Positions 27,374 through 36,534 of a DNA stretch of 39,148 nt are shown piece after piece. The stretch comes from Actinomycetota bacterium (lineage in GTDB: Bacteria; Actinomycetota; Thermoleophilia; Gaiellales; F1-60-MAGs149): positions 1 to 39,148 of the forward strand of contig CANKHS010000001.1 in assembly GCA_947481755.1 (NCBI GenBank), in the 5' to 3' direction. The position numbers and the translations under genes were made by a program. Under the pieces are notes generated by a model. The model was not told the DNA's origin, made no database searches, and saw nothing but the letters and a program-made list of their open reading frames with translations. Numbering within the stretch: position 1 is the first letter of the stretch; each line of letters starts with the position of its first letter.

Positions 27374-28812
27374 ACCGGCGGATTGGCAACCTCTTCATTG
27401 TGCTGGCCGTCGGTCTCTTGGCACTGATCGGAATGACCACCTACTGGCAGGTCTGGGCTCGCTCCTCACTCGAGGCGCGCCAGGCCAACGTCCGGTTGGT
27501 CTACCGCGACCTGGCGATCGACCGTGGCGCGATCGTCTCGTCTGACGGGGTCACCCTCGCCGAATCAAAGCCCGGCACGCTCGATGGCCGCACGGTCTAC
27601 TACCGCCACTATCCGACGGCCGGTCTGGCCGCACAACTGGTTGGCTACTCGTCGCTCCTCGCCGGCCGCGCTGGTCTCGAACGGTCACTCGATCCCGAAC
27701 TGACGGGCAGCACGGGCGATCTGGCTGGCGTCGTCAACTCGTTCGATCGCATGAAGGGCGACACGGTCCGTGGCGATCAGGTGGTGTTGCGCCTCAACGC
27801 CGCCGCACAGAAGGTCGCGATGGAGCAGTTGACCAACCTGGGAGTCCGTGGCAGCGTGGTCGTGCTCGACCCGAGCAACGGCGGCATCCTCGTGATGGCG
27901 TCAACACCAACATTCGACCCAAACACGGGCCTCGAAAAAGCGCTCAGTGACCCCGGCTCGCCGCTCCTCAATCGCGCCACCCAGGGGCTCTACCCACCGG
28001 GCTCGACCTTCAAGGTCGTGACCGCCGCCAGCGCTCTCGATGCTGGCGTCGTCACACCGGACACAAAATTTCCTGGCCCCGCCTGTATTGACTCGGGTGG
28101 TCAGAAGCTCTGCAACTACCACGACCACGCCTATGGACCGCACAACTTTGGCTACGCGCTGATCCACTCGATCAACACCACGTTCGCAACGGTCGGTGCC
28201 GATCTTGGCAGAGACAAGCTCGAAGCCACCATGCGCGGTTTCGGTTTCTTCTCCCGTTTCCCCTGGGACTACCCGCCCGAGCAATCCCTGCCCTCCGGCA
28301 TTTTTAATCGCAAGGGCAACCTGGTCAGTGCCGACGCTCCGATCGACGTCCCGCGCGTCGCGATTGGTCAAGAACGCCTACTCGCGACACCACTGCAGAT
28401 GGCCGAGGTTGCCACTGCCGTCGCCAATGGGGGCCAGATTATTCAGCCCGAACCGGTGCAAGAGGTTCGCGCCCCAGACGGCTCCGTCGTGCGGCGGCCC
28501 TCTCCGGTCTACCTCGGACGCGCCATGACAACGGAGACTGCGGCCACGTTGCGCGGGCTCATGAAGCAGGTCGTCGACGAGGGGACAGGCAGTGCGGCCG
28601 CCGTGGCTGGTCTCGACGTAGCCGGCAAAACGGGCACCGCCGAGACGGGTCGGGCAGGCAAAAACGATGCCTGGTTTATCGGTTTTGCACCCGCTGAGGC
28701 CTCGCGTTTTGCCTTCGCCGTGCTGGTCGAAGACGTCGATGGAACCGGTGGTGACGTGGCTGCACCGATCGCCGCTGCCGTACTACGGGCGCTGACTGCG
28801 CAGACAACGTGA
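27370..28812 (+). CDS. pbpA: Class B penicillin-binding protein (PbpA-like)
   Basis: PGSTFK (SxxK), HSIN (SxN), GKTGTA; N-terminal TM. Confidence 0.93.
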   Translation: MNRRIGNLFIVLAVGLLALIGMTTYWQVWARSSLEARQANVRLVYRDLAIDRGAIVSSDGVTLAESKPGTLDGRTVYYRHYPTAGLAAQLVGYSSLLAGRAGLERSLDPELTGSTGDLAGVVNSFDRMKGDTVRGDQVVLRLNAAAQKVAMEQLTNLGVRGSVVVLDPSNGGILVMASTPTFDPNTGLEKALSDPGSPLLNRATQGLYPPGSTFKVVTAASALDAGVVTPDTKFPGPACIDSGGQKLCNYHDHAYGPHNFGYALIHSINTTFATVGADLGRDKLEATMRGFGFFSRFPWDYPPEQSLPSGIFNRKGNLVSADAPIDVPRVAIGQERLLATPLQMAEVATAVANGGQIIQPEPVQEVRAPDGSVVRRPSPVYLGRAMTTETAATLRGLMKQVVDEGTGSAAAVAGLDVAGKTGTAETGRAGKNDAWFIGFAPAEASRFAFAVLVEDVDGTGGDVAAPIAAAVLRALTAQTT

Positions 28813-28843
28813 GACAATCCCTAATGGAACAACATTGAGCCTC

Positions 28844-30754
28844 ATGGACGACACCTCTCCCGGCGCCCTCTTTGATGGGCGCTACCGCATCGTTGGCCGC
28901 CTCGGTCAGGGCGGCATGGCGCGCGTTTTTCTTGCGCAAGACGAGTCGCTCCACCGGCAAGTTGCCGTCAAAGTGCTCGCCGATCGTCACAGTGACGACC
29001 CGCATTTCATCGAGCGCTTCCAACGCGAAGCCCGTGCTGCTGCTCGACTCAACCATCCGAACATCGTGCAGGTCTATGACCAGTCGCAGACCGCTGGCAT
29101 GTCGTACATCGTCCAGGAGTACGTCGAAGGCGAGACGCTCAAGGATCTGATTCGGCGCGAGTCGCCGATTGAGCCGCGGCGCGCAATCACGATCGCACTG
29201 CAGATTCTGGCCGCCCTCCGCGTCGCGCATCAGCAAGGCGTGATCCATCGCGACGTCAAGCCTCAGAACATCCTCGTGCAGCCCGACGGCAAGATCAAGG
29301 TCGCCGACTTCGGCATCGCGAGTGCCGGCGATACCGAGATGACCGAGGCCGGCTCGATCGTTGGCACCGCCCAGTATCTCGCCCCCGAACAGGCACGAGG
29401 ACTGCCTGTCGGACCGCCGGCCGATCTCTACGCGGTCGGCATCGTTCTCTACGAAATGCTGTCGGGACGCGTGCCCTTCGAAGGCGATGCTGCCGTCACC
29501 GTCGCCATGCGTCACGTGCAGGAGGCCCCCGAGGCTCTAACCGATCGTAATCCCCTCGTGCCCGATGCCCTTGAGTCCGTCGTCATGCGCGCGCTCGCGA
29601 AAGACCCGACGCAGCGCTACCAGAGTGCCGATCAGATGGGTATCGAGCTCGACCGCGTACGCCAAGGCCTACCGATCAGTGACGAGACCGCCGTCATCGG
29701 TGCCGCCACGATTGCCATGACACAGCTCGCCAGCGAGACCCTCGTCGCACCACCGCTCCCTCCACGTGAGGCTCCCCCAGCGCGCGGAGGTAATCCAAAT
29801 CGCAGGCGCCTGTGGATTCTCTTGATCATCCTTGGCGTCGTGCTGCTCGCGGGTGTTGCCGGTGTCTACGCCTTTACGCGCGGCGGAACGGACAGCGGCG
29901 GCACAACGACAGGATCCACAACAACGACGGGTGCCCTCGTTGAGATTCCAAACCTGATCGGCCAGACCCAGGCCGATGCCACAGCCGCCCTCAAGCAGGC
30001 CGGACTGGCTGTTCTCATTACCAAGCAGGCCTCGACCGACGTACCGGCCGGACAGGTGATTGCGATGCGGCCTAATGCCGGGGGCAAAGTACCGACCGGT
30101 ACAACGATCGAACTCCAGATTTCTGCTGGCCCAAATTTGGTTACCGTGCCAAGCGTTCAGGGTGCTGGCGTGGCCGATGCCACCGCTCAGATTGAGGCTC
30201 TTGGCCTCGTTGTCACGACGGTGGAGGATTCCTCTTCGAGCGTCGCCGTCGGCAACGTGATCTCGCAGGCACCGTCGGCGGGTGTCGAAGTCAAACCAGG
30301 CTCGACGGTCACGCTCACCGTTTCGAAGGGTAAGCAGACCAGCACCGTCCCGAACGTCACCAAGATGGACATCACGAATGCGCAGAACACGCTCATCGCA
30401 GCAGGCCTCGTGCTCGGCTCCCAGTCCGAGGCGAATGACGCCGCACCGATCGGGCAGGTGATCAGCCAGGACCCGGCTGCCGGCACGAGCCTCCCGCAGG
30501 GTGGCTTCGTCAACGTTGTCGTCTCTAAGGGCCCCGTCAGTGCCACAGTCCCCTCGGTCGTGAACATGTCACGGAGCAATGCCGAGTCACAGATCACCAA
30601 TGCTGGCTTCGTCGCCAATACGCAGGAGAGCGCGGTGACCGACCCGTCGCAAGATGGCATCGTCATCTCGCAGAACCCGGCCAGCGGATCGTCTCAACCA
30701 CAGGGTTCAACCGTGACGATCGTCGTTGGCCGCTATACAGGAACAACGACGTAG
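28844..30754 (+). CDS. pknB: PASTA-domain Ser/Thr kinase PknB/Stk1 (4 PASTA repeats)
   Basis: LGQGGMARV, VAVK, HRDVKPQN, DFGIA, GTAQYLAPEQ, a TM and four (I/V)P...VI.Q.P repeats. TTG 28835 is an alternative start. Confidence 0.96.
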   Translation: MDDTSPGALFDGRYRIVGRLGQGGMARVFLAQDESLHRQVAVKVLADRHSDDPHFIERFQREARAAARLNHPNIVQVYDQSQTAGMSYIVQEYVEGETLKDLIRRESPIEPRRAITIALQILAALRVAHQQGVIHRDVKPQNILVQPDGKIKVADFGIASAGDTEMTEAGSIVGTAQYLAPEQARGLPVGPPADLYAVGIVLYEMLSGRVPFEGDAAVTVAMRHVQEAPEALTDRNPLVPDALESVVMRALAKDPTQRYQSADQMGIELDRVRQGLPISDETAVIGAATIAMTQLASETLVAPPLPPREAPPARGGNPNRRRLWILLIILGVVLLAGVAGVYAFTRGGTDSGGTTTGSTTTTGALVEIPNLIGQTQADATAALKQAGLAVLITKQASTDVPAGQVIAMRPNAGGKVPTGTTIELQISAGPNLVTVPSVQGAGVADATAQIEALGLVVTTVEDSSSSVAVGNVISQAPSAGVEVKPGSTVTLTVSKGKQTSTVPNVTKMDITNAQNTLIAAGLVLGSQSEANDAAPIGQVISQDPAAGTSLPQGGFVNVVVSKGPVSATVPSVVNMSRSNAESQITNAGFVANTQESAVTDPSQDGIVISQNPASGSSQPQGSTVTIVVGRYTGTTT

Positions 30755-31752
30755 TGGCCGAGCGGCTGCGGGTTGCTGTCCTTGGTGGCGGTCGCTCGTC
30801 GGAGCACGATGTGTCGCTGCGCTCGGCTGCGAGTGTTGCTGCCGGACTTGACCCAAGTCGCTTTGACGTCGTTTCCCTCACGATCAGCCGGGCTGGTCTC
30901 TGGACCGACGCCGCAGGTGAGCCGGTTGCCGTCACACCTGGCGCCGGCGGGCCCTTGGGCTGCGATGTGGTCTTCCCTGTGCTGCACGGCCCGTTTGGTG
31001 AGGACGGCACGGTCCAAGGCCTACTGGAGATGCTCGGCGTCCCCTACGTCGGCTCGGGCGTCCTTGGCTCTGCCCTGACGATGGACAAGGAACGCTGCAA
31101 GTCGGTCTTGCGGGATGCGGGTATCGACGTGGCCCGTGAGGTCGTGGTACACCGCCATCAGTCGCGAGCCGAGATGCACGAGCAGATCGCAGCGCTGGGC
31201 TATCCCGTCTTCGTCAAACCGGCACGGCTGGGCTCGAGCGTTGGCATCTCGCGGGTCGAGACTGCTGCCGAGATCGACGCCGCCCTCGACCTTGCGCTCT
31301 CACACGACGAGAAGGTGTTGGTCGAGGAGTTACTCGTCGGCGACGAGGTCGAATGCAGCGTGCTCGGCCTGCCCCCGAACCTGACCATCTCGGAGGTCGG
31401 CCGGATTGGCTTCCATAACGAGTGGTACGACTACGACGCCAAGTATTCGGACGGTGGGTCGTGGCTTGAGGTCCCGGCAGAACTCCCAGCCGAGACTGCC
31501 AGTCGCCTGCGCGACACGGCCGCCCGCGCCTTCGCGCTCTGCGATTGCCACGGCATGGCGCGTGTCGACTTCTTCCACACGCATGAGGGCCGTCTCGTAC
31601 TGAACGAGATCAACACGATCCCCGGTTTTACTGCGACGAGTTATTACGCTCGGATGTTCGAGGCCAGCGGTATCGCCTACGGCGACCTCCTCACGCGCCT
31701 GATCGACCTGGCACTCGAGCGCTTCGCAGCCGAGTCCTCGCTCCTGCGCTAG
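30754..31752 (+). CDS. ddl: D-alanine--D-alanine ligase
   Basis: GGRSSEHDVSL, FPVLHGPFGEDGTVQG, VKPARLGSSVGIS, WYDYDAKY, NEINTIPGFT. Confidence 0.96.
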   Translation: MAERLRVAVLGGGRSSEHDVSLRSAASVAAGLDPSRFDVVSLTISRAGLWTDAAGEPVAVTPGAGGPLGCDVVFPVLHGPFGEDGTVQGLLEMLGVPYVGSGVLGSALTMDKERCKSVLRDAGIDVAREVVVHRHQSRAEMHEQIAALGYPVFVKPARLGSSVGISRVETAAEIDAALDLALSHDEKVLVEELLVGDEVECSVLGLPPNLTISEVGRIGFHNEWYDYDAKYSDGGSWLEVPAELPAETASRLRDTAARAFALCDCHGMARVDFFHTHEGRLVLNEINTIPGFTATSYYARMFEASGIAYGDLLTRLIDLALERFAAESSLLR

Positions 31753-31761
31753 CCAGACGAC

Positions 31762-31778
31762 AAGGGGAACGACCCCTT
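31762..31778. terminator. Small hairpin between convergent ddl and pseudokinase genes
   Basis: AAGGGG-AACGA-CCCCTT in the 32-nt convergent gap. Confidence 0.4.
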
Positions 31779-31784
31779 CAGCAG

Positions 31785-33218
31785 CTAGGCCCCAATCGGT
31801 ACACCAATGACACGAATGTCATTGATGCGGAGAACGTAGGCACCGCGTTCCGACGGCAACCCGCTAATCCAGATCAGCACCGTCTTGACCGGTCCCCGGT
31901 GACGGATCCTCAAGACGGCACGCTGATGCTCCACCTTGACGGGGTCCATGAGTGTCGTCCACCCGCGCGGTGCTGTTGCCGGCTCGCTGCCACGTACCGC
32001 GTAGAGCGCAATCGTCGCACCCACCGGAGCGGTGCGCAGTACGAGGCGCGTGACTCGACTTGGCAGCGCCAGGCGCAGGGCGAGGCCGATGCCACCCTTG
32101 TTCCCAAGCGTGCTCTTTTTGTAGACCTCCGTTGACCAACCGGTGCTGAGAGAGTGATCAATTGCGAAGTGTGCATCCTCGTTGTTCTCTTTGCGATCAC
32201 CCGCAGGATCAAGTGGCGTAATACCCACGATCCGAATTGGCCTCGGCGTATGACTCGCCCCCGTCGGGGCCACGGTCGTTGTGAGCTGTTCTGTGGTTGG
32301 CTGTTCGGTTGTCACCCCACCCTCCACCGTTGTCGTATCCACCACGACGGTGACCGGACCCGGCAGGCCGGTCGTGATGGCGCGTTGGTCCGCATCGCGC
32401 CGATCCACGACGGCCACCGCAGCAATGACCGCGAGGACGACCACCGTGATCGCAAGCGCACCAACGAGGACCTTGAGTCCGCGATTACGACGCTCGCCCT
32501 GCTCGCGCTCTGGCGTCTCCACTGGCACGAACGGCTCCCACCCAATAGGCCCTGCCGGCGGCTGGTGGCCATCACCAATTCGACGCAGAGCATCGCGCGC
32601 GCTCGCGGCCGACGGCGGGTTGATCGACGCCATGCTCTGCAACAGCCCGGCAAAACGCGGAGTCAGTCCCGGCACCTCGAGCAGATTCGTATCGTCGGGA
32701 ATCGTCAGTACCTCACGCAGAATCGCCGCCAGTGCTCGTACGTCATCGTCTGGCTGGTCGGCTGGACGCGCCAAGCCCCCGGTGGCGAGGTCCTCTAGTC
32801 GCGGCGGCCCGGTCTCGTCGAGGGCCAGTGCATCGAGGCTGACCACGCCCTGTACGAGGCCTCGCTCGTGCAGCGTCGCAAGTGCGTCGGCAATAGCCGC
32901 ACCGAGCGCGGCCGCATCGGCTCCCGTCAATTGACCCCGGGCCGCTAATCGCAACCGAGCCGTCTGCCCCGCGCGCGCTGGTGTCACGAGGTAGCGCGTG
33001 ACACCGTCGACCCCGTGATCCAACACCACGGGGAGCGAGGGATGACGCACGGCTACGAGTGCTGCCAGCGTGGCATCGACCTGCGGATGCTCGTCGAGCA
33101 GCGTCACGATGACCACTCCACCACTAACGGCATCGCGCGCACGCCACACCACACGCCCGGGCGCCGGGGCCTCGGGGACCTCCAGCGTGTAGCGGCGTGC
33201 GATGACCCGACTGCTCAC
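31785..33218 (-). CDS. Membrane pseudokinase: degenerate kinase-homology domain, TM and extracellular beta-sandwich domain
   Basis: [30 protein letters not shown] kinase skeleton without the catalytic motifs. C-terminal DPAGDRKEN...AID...TGWSTEVY...KGGIGL. GTG start 7 nt after TACGCT. Confidence 0.78.
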   Translation of the reverse strand: MSSRVIARRYTLEVPEAPAPGRVVWRARDAVSGGVVIVTLLDEHPQVDATLAALVAVRHPSLPVVLDHGVDGVTRYLVTPARAGQTARLRLAARGQLTGADAAALGAAIADALATLHERGLVQGVVSLDALALDETGPPRLEDLATGGLARPADQPDDDVRALAAILREVLTIPDDTNLLEVPGLTPRFAGLLQSMASINPPSAASARDALRRIGDGHQPPAGPIGWEPFVPVETPEREQGERRNRGLKVLVGALAITVVVLAVIAAVAVVDRRDADQRAITTGLPGPVTVVVDTTTVEGGVTTEQPTTEQLTTTVAPTGASHTPRPIRIVGITPLDPAGDRKENNEDAHFAIDHSLSTGWSTEVYKKSTLGNKGGIGLALRLALPSRVTRLVLRTAPVGATIALYAVRGSEPATAPRGWTTLMDPVKVEHQRAVLRIRHRGPVKTVLIWISGLPSERGAYVLRINDIRVIGVPIGA

Positions 33219-33282
33219 ACGGCGCAGCGTACTGCACTGCGCTGGCACCGGCCGTCCCCCTCGCCTGCCAAACTGCCGCCAG

Positions 33283-33846
33283 ATGGTTCTCTCTGACCGT
33301 GGAATCCGCGCCGCAATTGCGGCAGGGCGTATTGCGCTCGATCCGTTCGACGAGGCATTGATTCAACCTGCCAGCGTCGACGTTCGCTGCGATCGACGCT
33401 TTCGCGTCTTCCGCAACAGTCGCTACGGCCACATCGACGTCAAGCAAGAGCAGGCGGAACTAACCGAGCTGATCGAGATCACCGATGGTGGGCCCTTCAT
33501 CTTGCACCCGGGCGAATTCGTGCTCGGTGCCACGCTCGAGCGCGTCACCTTGGGCGACGACATCGTCTCGCGTCTCGAGGGTAAGAGCTCGCTTGGCCGC
33601 CTCGGTCTGCAGGTCCATTCGACCGCCGGCTTTATCGATCCCGGCTTTGACGGACACGTCACGCTCGAGCTCGCGAACGTCGCGAATCTCCCGATCACGC
33701 TCTATCCCGAGATGAAGATCGGCCAACTTTCGTTCCTCAATCTCGACGGTCCCGCCGAGCATCCGTACGGCTCGGGAGCACTCGGTTCGAAGTACCAGGG
33801 CCAGGTTGGTCCGACGCCAAGTGCGTACTGGAAAAACTTCCAGTAA
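33283..33846 (+). CDS. dcd: dCTP deaminase
   Basis: [62 protein letters not shown]. Confidence 0.97.
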   Translation: MVLSDRGIRAAIAAGRIALDPFDEALIQPASVDVRCDRRFRVFRNSRYGHIDVKQEQAELTELIEITDGGPFILHPGEFVLGATLERVTLGDDIVSRLEGKSSLGRLGLQVHSTAGFIDPGFDGHVTLELANVANLPITLYPEMKIGQLSFLNLDGPAEHPYGSGALGSKYQGQVGPTPSAYWKNFQ

Positions 33847-33862
33847 CCACGTCCGATCCCGT

Positions 33863-33871
33863 TGATATCTT
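33863..33871 (+). promoter_or_regulatory. Extended -10 promoter TGnTATCTT for the intergenic RNA
   Basis: TGA-TATCTT 17 nt after the dcd stop. Predicted start near 33878. Confidence 0.5.
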
Positions 33872-33902
33872 CGCGCTACCGCGGAAGGGGGGTGGTCCGT
33901 TC

Positions 33903-33944
33903 TTGAATAGCGACTGTACGGCAAGTGGAGGTCGGCGCACGTAA
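33903..33944 (+). CDS. Putative 13-aa peptide MNSDCTASGGRRT
   Basis: TTG start 4 nt after GGAAGGGGGGTGGTCC (extended anti-16S SD), TAA stop at 33942-33944. Confidence 0.4.
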   Translation: MNSDCTASGGRRT

Positions 33945-34039
33945 GGGCGTGTCCCTGGACCGACAGGGAATCGTCTAGCCAACGTTGGGGCAGCGGCACG
34001 ATGCCGCGGCGCACCTTACGTATGACCAGCGTTCGACCG

Positions 34040-34077
34040 GAAGGGCCGGGTGGGCAACCACCCGGCCCTTCTTCGTT
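34040..34077 (+). terminator. Intrinsic terminator
   Basis: Perfect 14-bp stem GAAGGGCCGGGTGG/CCACCCGGCCCTTC with a GCAA tetraloop, followed by TTCGTT. Confidence 0.85.
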
Positions 34078-34096
34078 GCCGCCTACACTCCGCGGT

Positions 34097-35788
34097 ATGC
34101 GACGTCTCGAGCCGCTCCTGGTGCTGCTCGGTTATGCGGTCGTCTCCGTTGTGCTGGTCGGCCGCTTCGTAATCCGAGCACCGCACGACGCCGTCGTCGG
34201 CAGCTTCGGTGCCGACCAAGGGTTCTTCGCCTGGTCGCTGGTGCACTGGGTTGAGGTGCTGGCCGGCAACCAGTCGCCCTTTCTGACCGATCGCATTGAC
34301 GCGCCGATGGGCTTCAACCTCGCCTGGGCGACGACGATCCCCGGGCCCGCGTTGCTCTTTGCCCCCCTGACCGCGCTCGCCGGTCCGCTCGTCACCTACA
34401 ACACGCTCGCAATTGCTGCCCCTGCCCTGGCTGCCTGGACGGCCTACCTGCTCTGCCGTCACGTGACTCAGGACTCGCTCGCTGCGATTTTGGGCGGCTG
34501 GATCTTTGGCTTCTCGTCGTACGTGCTGGGGGAGACCCTCAACCATCTCGACCTCGCCTTGGTCGCAGCCCTGCCGCTGATTGTGCTGGTCGTCATTCGC
34601 CTCGTCGAGGAGTCGATTCGTCCCAGGCGCGGTGCCTTGGCACTCGCGGGGCTGATCGCGATGCAGTTTTTGATCTTCACCGAAATTGCTGCAACCGCGA
34701 CGGTCGTTGGAGGTATTGCGCTCCTCGCCGCACTCGCAATTGGGCCAAGCGGGCTCCGCGGACGGATCGTGCGGGCACTGCCCTGGATTGCGGCTGGTTA
34801 CGCCCTCGCGATTGCAATCATCTCGCCACTCCTGATTGCCGCCTTTCTCCACCCCAACCCGATTGACGACCGGATTCGTCCCGACCTCTACCCGCTTGAT
34901 CTAAAGAATCTCGTCGTACCAACGATCATCACCTGGGTTGGCGGTGCGCGCTTCCAGGCCGACTCGTTGCAGTTTGTTGGCAACCTCACCGAACAGTTGG
35001 CCTACCTGGGCCCGGTGCTGGTGCTCGTGGCGCTGGGTGGCATCTGGCGCTGGCGTTATGAGCGGTTCGTCTGGGTGATTGTCGTGACGACCATGGCCGC
35101 GATCGTGTTGTCGTTTGGCGCACATCTCACGATCAGTGGCGACCCCGGCTGGACGATGCCCTGGCAGGTCTTTACCCATCTGCCACTGATTCGACTCGCG
35201 TTGCCAACCCGCATCGTGGTCTATGCGTGGCTTGGGATCGCGCTGCTTGGATCGCTCTTTGTAACGCGGCGGCGCGGCGACCGCCTGCAGTGGTTCGTCG
35301 CGCGCCTTGGCCTCGTCGTGATCGCACTCGTCTGCCTCTTGCCGGTGCCGCGCGCCGACCTCTGGCGCACAGAGCTCCAGACGCCCGCTGGTATTCAGAG
35401 TGGCTCCGCCACGGCAGCGATTCCAAACGATGCCGTCGTGTTGATCCTGCCCTACTCCTTCCGTGGCAACGGCATGTACTGGCAGTCGATTGCCAAGATG
35501 CGCTACCGCATGGCAGGCGGCTACAGCGCGGCGGCGATACCGCTGGCGTATACGCAGTTTCCGGTGACCTTCGGGTTCTACAACGATCAGCTCCCCGCGA
35601 ATCCACGCCAAGAACTGCTCCGGTATCTCGCCTTCACGGGTACCTCATGGGTCTTGGTCGATGCGCGAGCACCTGGCCCGTGGGCGCAATTCCTGCGCGA
35701 AGCGGGAGGCGTGCGGTCCGAGGTCGGGGGCATTGTGCGGTATCGCTTCGACCCGGCGGTCGTACGGGCGCAGGTCCACGGCGCCTGA
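34097..35788 (+). CDS. Polytopic membrane protein, GT-C-fold glycosyltransferase-like (YfhO-like)
   Basis: First TM then DQGFFAW, APMGFNLAW.T, GPLVTYN, IFGFSSY, many TMs, and C-terminal MYWQ...YRMAGGY. ATG 7 nt after TACACT. Confidence 0.65.
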   Translation: MRRLEPLLVLLGYAVVSVVLVGRFVIRAPHDAVVGSFGADQGFFAWSLVHWVEVLAGNQSPFLTDRIDAPMGFNLAWATTIPGPALLFAPLTALAGPLVTYNTLAIAAPALAAWTAYLLCRHVTQDSLAAILGGWIFGFSSYVLGETLNHLDLALVAALPLIVLVVIRLVEESIRPRRGALALAGLIAMQFLIFTEIAATATVVGGIALLAALAIGPSGLRGRIVRALPWIAAGYALAIAIISPLLIAAFLHPNPIDDRIRPDLYPLDLKNLVVPTIITWVGGARFQADSLQFVGNLTEQLAYLGPVLVLVALGGIWRWRYERFVWVIVVTTMAAIVLSFGAHLTISGDPGWTMPWQVFTHLPLIRLALPTRIVVYAWLGIALLGSLFVTRRRGDRLQWFVARLGLVVIALVCLLPVPRADLWRTELQTPAGIQSGSATAAIPNDAVVLILPYSFRGNGMYWQSIAKMRYRMAGGYSAAAIPLAYTQFPVTFGFYNDQLPANPRQELLRYLAFTGTSWVLVDARAPGPWAQFLREAGGVRSEVGGIVRYRFDPAVVRAQVHGA

Positions 35789-35820
35789 CACGAGTTGCCG
35801 GAAACCGGTAACGTTCCGCC

Positions 35821-36534
35821 GTGGCTGAAAACGAACCGACAGAGGTCGCACTCGCGACAATCCGTGCGGAGCAGGCGCGCGTGGTGTTGCTCGACCAGGT
35901 GCTCTCGCAGTCGCCGCCGGATCAGGTGATGGAGCACGCCACAGAACTCGGCATCGATCTCGGTGGGCGCCGCAGTGTGCTTGTCGTTGGCACGGTCTCG
36001 ACGGCTGTCTTGGAGCGCCTTCGCGACGCAGCACTCTTGGTTGGCGTTCGAAGCGGAACAATTATCGCGATCGTTAGTGGCCGCGTCCCTCGTGGTGCCG
36101 AGACGGCAGGCCTCGGTCGTCCGGGGCTGGGCGTGACCGGTATCCGAACCTCATTCGGTGAGGCCGAGCGCGCACTCGAAGTTGCCCGTCGGCTCGGGTT
36201 GCGTGGTGTCGTCCCGTTCGCCGACGTGCTGCCAGAGGCACTGATCGGACAGGATCGCGAGACGCTCCGCGAGTTGGTCGAGCTCACACTCGAGCCTCTG
36301 CATAGCAATCGCCAGAGTGGGCCGCAGTACGTAGAGACGGCCACGACCTGGCTCCAAGAGGGTCTCAGCGTTGCGGCCACCGCCCGGGCACTCGACGTCC
36401 ACGAGCGAACCGTGCGCTACCGCCTGGCCCGGATCGCAAAGCTGACGTCACTCGATCTCCAGCACGCTGACGATCGCTTTCGACTCGAGCTCGCCCTGCG
36501 TGGCTCGCGCCTGCTGGACGCTGTCTCCGACTAG
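35821..36534 (+). CDS. PucR/CdaR-family regulator with C-terminal HTH
   Basis: SFGEAERAL, YVETATTW...SVAATARALDVHERTVRYRLARI..LTSLDL....RFRLELAL. Confidence 0.88.
   Translation: MAENEPTEVALATIRAEQARVVLLDQVLSQSPPDQVMEHATELGIDLGGRRSVLVVGTVSTAVLERLRDAALLVGVRSGTIIAIVSGRVPRGAETAGLGRPGLGVTGIRTSFGEAERALEVARRLGLRGVVPFADVLPEALIGQDRETLRELVELTLEPLHSNRQSGPQYVETATTWLQEGLSVAATARALDVHERTVRYRLARIAKLTSLDLQHADDRFRLELALRGSRLLDAVSD

Larger units (their letters stand above)
33878..34077 (+). ncRNA. Putative structured small RNA or sORF-bearing transcript (unassigned family)
   Basis: Own -10 box, stem ACGTAAGG/CCTTACGT enclosing hairpins TCCCTG/CAGGGA and GCGGCA/TGCCGC, and a terminator at the end. Confidence 0.6.

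Noticed and set aside
30754..31752. Vancomycin-resistance D-Ala-D-Lac ligase
   Set aside because: The omega loop reads YDYDAKY, the D-Ala-D-Ala type, and there are no vanH/vanX neighbours.
33878..34077. tmRNA, SRP, 6C, 6S or tRNA identity, or an ANTAR target, for the intergenic RNA
   Set aside because: No tRNA-like ends, SRP loop or C-rich loops, and no single long rod. Loops GACCGA and CGA do not fit the A1/G4 hexaloop pair. An Rfam search is still needed.
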